This document shows positions 39,045-48,354 of a stretch of DNA of 64,000 bases, in pieces. The stretch comes from Chrysemys picta bellii (lineage: Eukaryota), in contig NC_088811.1 in the NCBI RefSeq assembly GCF_011386835.1, positions 11,346,001 through 11,410,000 of the forward strand, read 5' to 3'. Numbering within the stretch: position 1 is the stretch's first letter; the number at the start of each line of letters is the position of its first letter. The position numbers and the translations under genes were made by a program. The notes beneath the pieces are model-generated. The model ran no database searches. It worked only from the letters and a program-made list of their open reading frames with translations, and had not been told where the DNA came from.

Positions 39045-39184
39045 NNNNNNNNNNNNNNNNNNNNNNNNNNNNNNNNNNNNNNNNNNNNNNNNNNNNNNNN
39101 NNNNNNNNNNNNNNNNNNNNNNNNNNNNNNNNNNNNNNNNNNNNNNNNNNNNNNNNNNNNNNNNNNNNNNNNNNNNNNNNNNNN
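39045..39184. other. N-run, 140 nt
   Basis: Counted directly. Confidence 0.99.
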
Positions 39185-39960
39185 TACAGGAACAGAGGGA
39201 GAGATGAGAGAGGTGAAAAGGCAAAGCTGACAGGGACCTACAGGTGTCTCTTAATTCCACCAGAGGTCAGAGCAGCTGGGAGGTAGGTGGGAACACCTAG
39301 GGGAGGCCTGACAGTCCATGCACAGGGCACATTTGGGACCCATAGCACCTCTGGGATTAATTAACCCGTTATGGTTGGGAGCTCACCATCGATTGAGTTA
39401 CTGTGTCATGGAAGGATGTTTTTAGTCTGGGGTTCAGTGCAGAGTACTGGAAATCCAAGCAGATCCAGGGTTCAAATCCCAACTGAGCCACTGACCCCCA
39501 GGCGTGACACTAGATTTCCTTTTGTCTGATTCCGACCCTAGTTGTGATGAGATGAGATTTGGGATGAGAAATGGGATTAGAAAAGTTGTGTTATTAAGAA
39601 CTGGGTATTGTATCTTGAGCAGAGTTCTAGAGACATTAAAATGGATAAATAAGAGATTCTCAAATGCTGCAGGTGCTGTGCTCACAGAAATCGTTGGTCC
39701 CCCACTCATTTAGCTCTCCAAACTACTGTTGTTCATCCATTCTACCAGTTCAAGTGGCACAGGCTTTGTTCTGATTCATTCAGATTTCCACTTGGTGGGT
39801 ATGCTGGGAACCATGTCCTAAGGTAGCAGGTTCCCATGATGCCTCCTTAATGGGCACATTTTCTATCCGTAGAGCCTGGGGGGCTGGGGTTCGGAAGAAT
39901 TCCTGCAATGAGACACCTGCAAGAAGGGGTAGGCAGCAGGAAATCTCCATGGACAATGAG

Positions 39961-40751
39961 TAGGGCCCTACCAAATTCACGACCAAATCATGCACATCAC
40001 AGACTGTGAAATCTGGTCTTCCCCCCCACGCCCCCATGTAATTTGGTCCTTTGTGTGCTTTTACCCTATAGTATACAGATTTCATGGGGGAGACCGGCGT
40101 TTCTCAAATTGGGGGTCCTGATCCCAAAGGGAGTTGCAGGGGGGGTCACAAGGTTATTTTAGGGGTTGTGTGCAGTATTGCCACCTTTACTTCTGCGCTG
40201 TCTTCAGAGCTGGGTGGCTGGAGAGTGGGGGCTGTTGGCCGGCGCCCAGCTCTGAAGGCAATGCCCCACCTGCAGCAGTGCAGAAATAAGGGTAGCAATA
40301 CCATACGATGCCACCCTTTACTTCTGAGCTGCTGCTTTCAGAGCTGGGCAGCTGGAGAGTGGTGACTGCTGACTGAGGGCCAAGTTCTGCAGTCAGCAGC
40401 GCAGAAGTAAGAGTGGCAATACCATCTCATGCCATCCTTACTTCTGTGCAGCTGCTGGCGACGGCTCTGCCTTCAGTGCTGGGCTCCCGGCCAGCAGCCA
40501 CCACTCTCTAGCTGCCCAGCTCTGAAGGCAGCGCCACCACCACCAGCAGTACAGGAGTAAGGGTAGCAGTACTGCAACCCCCCCACAATAACTTGTGACC
40601 TCTCCCCCAACTCCTTTTTGAGTCAGGACCCCAACAGTTACAACATCGTGAAATTTCAGATTTAAATAGATGAAATCATGAAATTCATGATTTTTAAAAT
40701 CCTATGGCCGTGAAATTGACCAAAATGGACCATGAGTTTGGTAGGGTCCTG
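39961..40751. mobile_element. About 790-bp non-autonomous hAT (Tip100-like) element with internal repeats
   Basis: TIRs tagggccctaccaaattcacg / catgagtttggtagggtcctg. Degenerate 8-bp TSD acaatgag / gcactgag (6 of 8). Internal repeated ttacttctg...cagagctggg units in both orientations. Confidence 0.8.
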
Positions 40752-41790
40752 GCACTGAGCAAGCAAGATAGAAGAGAGGCAGGTTTCCAGTTATCTCCAC
40801 CAATTAAGTCTCTGTCTCCCAGTTTGGAGGGGAGACTACGTTTCCTAAACACTAGTAGGTCACATGCAAATTTGGATCTGTCTGGTTTGAGGCTGCCTGC
40901 CAGCCTTCGCCTCTTTGGTGTCTGCCCGCATCCTGCGACCAAACTTTAGGAAAGATCACTCTGCATCCTCTTTATTATTAATGAAAACCAGGGGCAGTAC
41001 AAAATTCTTAGCAAGAGTGTTATGGGAGCTGCAAGAGGAAGGTGAAAGGGTGAAGCTGATGGAAAACTACAGGTGTCTTCTGATTCTACTTGCAGGAGAG
41101 GAGCAGACTGAATCTTTGCTTTGCTTTGTTGAACCTTTATGCTCCTGTGCAAAACTGTGTGTTAAGTATCCCATACTCCTCTTCCCACCTTCTCTAGTTG
41201 GCTCTGCTACCTCTGGCATGCCTTGGCCCCTGCTCTTAATTCAGCCAAGAAAGCTATGGAATCCCCATTAGTGCCTGTATTCTAAGGAAGCCATCCATAA
41301 AGACTGACACAGAACACTTTTAGCTATTCCTTCTTCTTGTAAACTCACTTAGCCCCTCCCCCCCATTCAGGAGTTTCCCCCCACTTCTAGAAAACATTGC
41401 TCCTTTCTCTTTCCCTCCTCCACTTCCTGAGATTTCTTCTCCTTCCCCAGTTTCAGAAACAGTGATCTGTGAAAGTAGTCACAGCTTGCTCTTATAGGCT
41501 AGATTAAGCTAATACTAAGTGCAAACACTTGCCAGGGTCAATGCAGCAGAGATTTGTGGGTCCTCTCCAAGAAAAGATCAGGTAGCTGATGTGACTCTTA
41601 ATTGCCGGTGTGATTTTGATCCCCTCCTCACTCTCTCTGGAGTTACCCTGAAGTCCATATTAAGCTTTAGGAAACAAGAGTTAGCACCACCCTGCCCAAA
41701 TTAGGTGTTCGGGTGAGATGCATGCAAATCCTCAAAGGCCTCGCCATGTGCAAGTTCTGACCATGCTTCTCTCTTGCTTTTGGCTATTAG

Positions 41791-41876
41791 GTCCCCCAGG
41801 CTCCAGATGGCGAGACTATGGTGCTTTGGCGATCATTATGGCAGGGATTGCCTTTGGCTTCCACCAGCTCTACAAG
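41791..41876 (+). CDS. PEX14: PEX14 exon 5: (S)[28 protein letters not shown], hydrophobic membrane segment
   Basis: Acceptor ctattag|, donor AAG|gtaagc, 86 nt. Near identical to human [25 protein letters not shown]. Confidence 0.97.
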
Positions 41877-42079
41877 GTAAGCGGTGCTCTTCCTGTTCCC
41901 CTAAGGTGCCTCGGTGCTCTGGAACAACCATGGTAATGCTGCCCATGTCTCGGGCTGGCTCTTGGTTGCGATTAAATCCTTGGTGCCACTGCTCTTATCA
42001 GTTCTCCTTTGGGTGTATGTGTGGAGCTGTATGGACAGTCTGATGTGGAAATGCAGCAAGTGGTGAGCAGATCTCTAAG

Positions 42080-42310
42080 ACGAATAGTAGTCATACCTAG
42101 TGCTTATCTACTGCTTTGCATCAGCAGATCTCAAAGCGCTTTACGAATGAGGTCAGTATCATTATCCCCATTTTTTACAAATGGGGAAACTGGCATAGGG
42201 AGATGAAGTGACTTGCCCAAGGTCACCCAGCAGGCCAGTGTCAGAACCAGGAATAGAACACAGGTGTCCCGAGTCCAGTCCATTGCTCTAACCACTAGAT
42301 CACATTGCCT
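42080..42310 (-). mobile_element. MIR-like CORE-SINE
   Basis: attatccccattttttacaaatggggaaactggcatagggagatgaagtgacttgcccaaggtcac. Confidence 0.85.
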
Positions 42311-43186
42311 CCATGAACTAGAGACGCATCTCCTTTGGCTGGTCAGGAGGTTGAAGGGAAGGTTTTTAACTCCAGCTCTATCAGCTTCCCAGTGGATGTG
42401 TATAGCAAGTGTGTAGACATACACACCCACCCTGCATTTGTCTGGCTGGACATATTCTCATTCTCTGTCACTAAAGACCTGTTCCCCAGTTCTGTATGGA
42501 GTAACATGAGAGAGGCTGTTGAGAGAGAGCCCAACGCATTGGTTATATAGCAAGGCATGGGGCAAAGGCCAAGTGACTCCAGCACTAGTGGAGTGCAGCA
42601 GCCACTCACTCTGGTACATTACATTTCACTTGCAAAGCCTGTGTGTGTTTGGGAGGTTGGAATGAGATAGAAAGTAACAATTGGCTTATTAAAGATTTTT
42701 ATAAAAAATGGGCAAATTGGTGTGCTTGGCAAAGCCCATGTTTAAAGCTAAAAAATTTTTTAAAACCCCTTGATCCTTTTTATTTTTTCCTTTTATTAAT
42801 TACCTTGGCCTGGGGAAGGTCAATATGGGGAGTATGTCCAGGATTGCACAAGGTAGCTCGTTAGATGGCTGTTCAGATTGTCCTCTTGCTCCTGACTCTT
42901 TATGTTGAGCAATGATGCTGGCCTTCCTGGTCCATTCAGTACTGTAAAGGCTTGGGGGGAGGAGATGGGGTTGATAAATGCCCAGAGTGACGCTGAGGAA
43001 GGAGCTACTGGTCCTTATTGGATTCATAACAGGCTGGCTGGAGGGCCTTATTGCTATTGTAAAATGACAACTACCACAAATGTCAATTTTTTTATTTAAA
43101 ATTTCTGACACAGTCTCAGTGATGGTGACAATAGACTGCATCCCGCTGCCATTCTCTTTGTGTGCAGATCCCCTCTCCATCCAGAC

Positions 43187-43264
43187 CAGGGTTCGGCAAC
43201 CTTCGGCATGCAGCCCATCAGGGTAATCCGGTGGCAGGCCATGTGCCGAAGTTTGCCGACCCCG
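43187..43264. mobile_element. 78-bp hAT MITE with perfect 8-bp TSD ATCCAGAC
   Basis: TIRs cagggttcggcaacctt / aagtttgccgaccccg. TSD at 43179-43186 and 43265-43272. Internal gggtaatccg..tggc shared with the 20718 element. Confidence 0.9.
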
Positions 43265-44607
43265 ATCCAGACATACAAGACATCTTGGTTATCCAGCAGA
43301 GGGCCCTGTTCCCTTATGGGAGCCAAAGATGCCTTGGGTCAGCTCCCCAAGTGCAATTGGTGCATAAATTCCTTTGTCAGATGATTCGATTTTTGTGCTT
43401 GTGCTAGTGGTCCTTATCTGAAAAATAAAGACACCCTGCCAAGCCATTGGTATGAGTGTTCCAGGAGGTTCAGAACAGAACCTTCTGTTCGTTGCACTTT
43501 ATGATTTCAGAAGCAGCTTGCTTCTCAGAATGGTGGATGGAAGAAAGTGGAGTGACTGTGTGCGTATGAGAGCTGTCTGCGGAGACAGCTAGATATCTAT
43601 ATAACCAACAGCACTGAGTTCAAGAGGAGGATGTTGCTGTCCCACACCCCTCAGGCCTTTCTCAGAACCGTACCTTTGATTATGTCTCTCTGGAAGCATG
43701 TACACCAAAAGCCGGGATACAAGGGAGCTGTTAGACATGCAGTTCCCTTGTAATTGAGGCTGTTTCTGCATCCTCTCTGGCCTCCTCTCTCCTTTATCCC
43801 TCTTGCCCCAATCATGCTATGTCTGAATGTACTCTTGTTCCGCTCCACACTCAGTTCAAGTGTGCTATGTCCCAGAAGGAGTCGCAGTAATTAGGGATGG
43901 CTACAGACTTGTTAGATCAAGTCCATCCCTTACAAGGGGAGGCTGAGTTTGATTTCATTGCTACTGTGTATGCTGTCAGTGAGCTGCCACCACTCCTCTA
44001 GTGTCCTGACACCTCTGTATCAGCACCTCCCTTGCCCCTCCCTTCATGGCTTTCTGCCTCCATTCTTGTTACCTCAGATCCCCTCTACCTTTGCTCCATC
44101 TCCTCTGCTCTCTTATTCTCGTTTCCCCAGATCTCTGCTCTTTACTGCCACTATCCTGCCTCCCAGTCTCTATACTCTCTGTCATTTTCCCTTCCCTCTA
44201 CTCTTATGTCCCCCAGCCCCTGCATATCTGTGCTCCCCTCTTCTCCCTACTCTGCATCTCCTGCCTTGTGGGTATAGCTGGAGTCACATGACAGGTGAGT
44301 GCAGTGGGATTGAAATCTTCTGGATGTAGGTAGGGAAGCGGCTGTAGGCTGAGAATTTTCCTAAATACAGCCACGGACCTTCCCTCAGCGCCTCAGGGAA
44401 AAAGATCACAAAACTTCTACCATCGTGTTTTCTTGTGACTTATGTGAATGCCTTCTTCCAGAGGACCCCTCTCCTCACCAACTGTGATCATGGTAGTTTC
44501 TGGGATGGGGGTAGAGATGTCTGGCAAGCTCTGAGGTGTTTGGGGTGGGTTAGAAGGAACCCCTTGCATATTCCCATCTCTTAACAACATCTCCTTGCTC
44601 TGTGCAG

Positions 44608-44710
44608 AAATACCTGCTCCCTCTCATCATGGGAGGCAAAGAAGACAGAAAACAACTTCAGAGGATTGAGGCGAACATTTCCGAGATGAGTGGCAGCGTG
44701 ACACAGACAG
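44608..44710 (+). CDS. PEX14: PEX14 exon 6: [34 protein letters not shown](V)
   Basis: Acceptor ttgctctgtgcag|, donor G|gtaaag, 103 nt, frame consistent. Confidence 0.96.
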
Positions 44711-44796
44711 GTAAAGATTAATGACTCCATCAATTCGCCCCTCAAAGCCCTTCTCCCTGCATACTCCATCTACCCAGGCCCCCCCTCCCCCTTCTC

Positions 44797-45040
44797 NNNN
44801 NNNNNNNNNNNNNNNNNNNNNNNNNNNNNNNNNNNNNNNNNNNNNNNNNNNNNNNNNNNNNNNNNNNNNNNNNNNNNNNNNNNNNNNNNNNNNNNNNNNN
44901 NNNNNNNNNNNNNNNNNNNNNNNNNNNNNNNNNNNNNNNNNNNNNNNNNNNNNNNNNNNNNNNNNNNNNNNNNNNNNNNNNNNNNNNNNNNNNNNNNNNN
45001 NNNNNNNNNNNNNNNNNNNNNNNNNNNNNNNNNNNNNNNN
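44797..45040. other. N-run, 244 nt
   Basis: Counted directly. Confidence 0.99.
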
Positions 45041-45930
45041 GGGCTTTTTTTTGGTGATTTCTCCCCCCGTTGCCTCCAAGAATCCAAAGCAGGGTCAAGA
45101 GAGTCTGTAATTACTGTGCCTCCACTGACCCCAGCCACCTTCTCTGTTATTGACTCCATAGGGCACCTGTTCATTACCCAGTGCCCTAATGATGGCCCAG
45201 ATTAGCTGTTACCTGTCACGCCAATAAAGTTTTTTTTTTTTTTATCAACTTGTTTACTGGATGGAAACTCCAGATAAAACCACCAAAGCTGTAGGCAGTT
45301 CCCCTCCATCCAGACACAAGTTCCTGTTCCAGTAGAAGTTTTTCAGTGGGAAGATTTCTGCTGAAATCTAGGAGAGGGTGCTAAATGTGTGTCCAGCTGT
45401 TGTGAGAAGAGAGAGCATGGCAGGTTTGTTACCGCCATCATGGGGTGAAAGGGCAGGTGGTCTGATGATGGGAGGATGCTAACTGGACCTGCTGGTGGAG
45501 GAAGAGGCTTGCCTTCTTTTCTCACTACATCCTGGGATTGATCCAGGCACCTGTCTGTTTTCAGACTAGAGATAAACCCCAAGTATCATGTGCCTGTGTG
45601 AGGCCCGAGGTAGATAAATGGTACAAACGTATAAATTCAGAGAGATGTACAAATCATAAACTGATATAATTAGAAGGGAGAGGTTTTGGACGGATATACT
45701 GTGGGCTATAGACATCTATACAATGGAAAGATAAACTAGAAATACTGGAGGTTAGATGCAGTGCAGGTAGATTACCCAGAGTGCAGATAATTTATATGGA
45801 TTAGAGCGAGCGGGCGTCTGTAGATAAATTAGATATAGCAGGAATAGAGGCATCTTGTAGCTAGACAGCAGGAAGGACACGTGTGTGTGTCTCAGTTTAA
45901 CAGAAATTCTCCTGCTTTTTCATCCCACAG

Positions 45931-46028
45931 TGACTCAGTTGCAGAAGACTTTAGCCTCCGTCCAGGAACTGCTGATGCAGCAACAGCAGAAAATCCAGGA
46001 GCTCACCCAAGAGCTGGCTGCCGCCAAG
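45931..46028 (+). CDS. PEX14: PEX14 exon 7, coiled coil: (V)TQLQKTLASVQELLMQQQQKIQELTQELAAAK
   Basis: Acceptor ctttttcatcccacag|, donor AAG|gtactc, 98 nt. Confidence 0.97.
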
Positions 46029-46524
46029 GTACTCACCTCCATCTCTTTGCTAGGCCACCCTTCAGAAATTCTCGTGCCCTTTTTAGTGTACATGGCTTCC
46101 CTAGCCCATAACTTCATCCTATCTGGCCAGTTTCTCTATGCAGCCTTGTCTCTCAAGCGTGTTTGTATAGAGCAATGCGTGCTGACTGGATGCCACAGGC
46201 TACACATATATGGCTTCTGAGAAGGCTTTGTTCCATGATGTCATTTGCATCTTTCATGTCCACAATCTCCTCAATTGATCTCAGCTGTGCAACTAGTGTC
46301 CCTTGTAGGAGAGCTCATTGTATATCCAGTTGGAGCGATAGGGAGCAGGATTGGCCCTCCTGCCAACCCATGGACTGAAGGAGGAAAAGGGTAGAGGTAG
46401 ATGTTTTGTGTGTATTTTCATCTTGTCTGTCTACATGTCTGTTAACCAATGTATGTATTCTATGCCCATCACCATGGTATCTCCGTGCAAATCAGTCCAA
46501 CATAGTCAAACCCAGATCGGTTGA

Positions 46525-46790
46525 ATTATATGACTCAGGGGAATGGGAATACGCTGTGGACTCTTTTGCATTTAAGTCGCTGGTTCCACTCCCGGCCAGG
46601 TAATGACTAAAGGTTCCACCACCATCCGATGGCTGTTAGGTGGCCTGCGTGAATGGTTTTGATGTTCTCAGTACAATAGGTGGCGCCACTACCACATTTG
46701 GCACTAACTGGCAGCCTCGTTGGCACTCTCAGTGGGGAGGGCAAGGACAGAACAATCAAAGCACAGGAGCAGTGCAAGCTCTGAACTAGA
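46525..46790 (+). mobile_element. LF-SINE remnant
   Basis: ccaggtaatgactaaagg...accatccgatggctgttaggtggcc...ggcactaactggcagcctcgttggcactctcag...gcaaggac. Confidence 0.7.
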
Positions 46791-46994
46791 GGGGTCGTCT
46801 CTCAGGCTGAGAATGGAGTGCAGTCTCCCTGGCTCATGCAATCCTTGGTGCCTGTGCTGAGACTGCCAACAAGGAGACCAGTTACTGCCCGTAATAGCTG
46901 GCGGTTTTGCCAGGTGGATATTTGTGAGTTTGGGAATTGGGCTGAGACCCACCCAAATCAGTTCGCATTGTGGCAGCAACAGCACTTTTCATTG

Positions 46995-47100
46995 TCCTTG
47001 GCCTCCCAGCAGCCACCAGATGTCAGTCATTCCTGAATTGGGCTGGATTTGTACTGGTGACCTAGAGGTGAAAGCCTTCCTCCTGTTATCAAAGCCTGGG
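46995..47100 (-). mobile_element. LF-SINE head fragment
   Basis: Reverse strand gctttcacctctaggtcaccagtacaaatccagccc...catctggtggctgct. Confidence 0.65.
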
Positions 47101-47726
47101 ATCAGTCAGTCCCTCCTTTGACTGTCAACAACCTCTGCAGAATGGGAGCTTTAGCCCTCTGTATAGCGAGATCCCTGAAACAGTTAGGTGTTTGTAGAGC
47201 AGTCCTCCATCTACAGCAGTAACAGTCCTTCTTCCCCAGGCTCCAGTCTCTTGTAAACCCTTTGATAGTGTGTAACTGGTGGGCCACCTCTGGCTGTGCA
47301 GTGAATATATCTTTCAGTAGGAATCAACTGTAAACCCAGCCATGAAAGTCAATTTATGGTCACATCTATCCACTCCAGTTTTCCTTGGGAACTGTGGCCC
47401 ATCAATGGCCTGGAGCCAGTCCGGAAATTGGAAAACTGTTTTCAGGTTGTAAGTGTTAAGATTAAGACCACATGTTGGGCTCTCAGAAGGGAAAAGGGCA
47501 TAGGAGTGTTGGTGGTTTAGAGAGTCTTTTAAAAAGTTTTCCCTCCCTTCCCTCCTCTTCTGCGCTGAAATGGTAGCACATGCTGTTACGGTATCTCAAG
47601 CTCATATGTACAAAGAAAGACTTGGGCAACCCCACAAACCAAAGAGTAAAAGCCGTGTTTTCTCAGCTGTAATGTAAGTTTTTATATCTGCTTTTCCAAC
47701 TCCTACCAGCATGCTGTAAAAAATTA

Positions 47727-47858
47727 NNNNNNNNNNNNNNNNNNNNNNNNNNNNNNNNNNNNNNNNNNNNNNNNNNNNNNNNNNNNNNNNNNNNNNNNNN
47801 NNNNNNNNNNNNNNNNNNNNNNNNNNNNNNNNNNNNNNNNNNNNNNNNNNNNNNNNNN
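47727..47858. other. N-run, 132 nt
   Basis: Counted directly. Confidence 0.99.
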
Positions 47859-47989
47859 CACCATATGTGTTTTGGAAATTTGAGTCCTGTGCAGGCCGGT
47901 GAGTGGAAATCACTCCCTTGTTAATGTGCTGATGTAGCTTTCAAAGTCTTGGAGAGCCAGAACAGTGGCTCCTGGATTCTCGCTGTCGG

Positions 47990-48345
47990 AGGGCTGGGAG
48001 TGTGAATCCCAAGGGAACGCATCTGTGTATATCACTGCTACTACAGACTGAGTCCCTCCCAGCTGGAATCATTGTAGGGAATGTTGGCTGTGAAGGTGCT
48101 CATGTCTGTCCAGCCCTAGTTGAAGTCTATGTAAGGAATGAGTAGGAGCATTGGCTGTGGGGGAGCTTATAGTCCCAACTACTCCCAGTCCTGGCTTCTC
48201 CCGGGGCGAATGGCTAGGAACACTGGCTGTGGGGATGCTCACAATCACTCCATTCCCAATTCCTGCTAGCAGAAATCATTGTAGATAGTGCTGGCTGTGG
48301 GGGAATTCACAGCTACTCCATATAAACCTCCTTCTAGCAGGAGTC
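47990..48345 (+). repeat. Degenerate tandem repeat (about 60-70 bp) with recurrent tggctgtggg
   Basis: Repeated tggctgtg(g)gg..ctcacag/ctac..cc...tcattgtag(ggaat). Confidence 0.6.
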
Positions 48346-48354
48346 ACTAAACTC

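Noticed and set aside
40084-40949. ORFs in and around the 790-bp hAT element
   Set aside because: No transposase motifs; the element is non-autonomous.
32685-42310. Inverted MIRs flanking exons 4-5 as circRNA drivers
   Set aside because: The copies are old and diverged and many orientations are present, so there is no specific support.
45600-45890. GATA-like purine-rich stretch before exon 7
   Set aside because: Degenerate low-complexity sequence with no definable unit or function.
1848-47913. ORFs containing long X runs
   Set aside because: Artefacts of translating through N-runs, which contain no stop codons.
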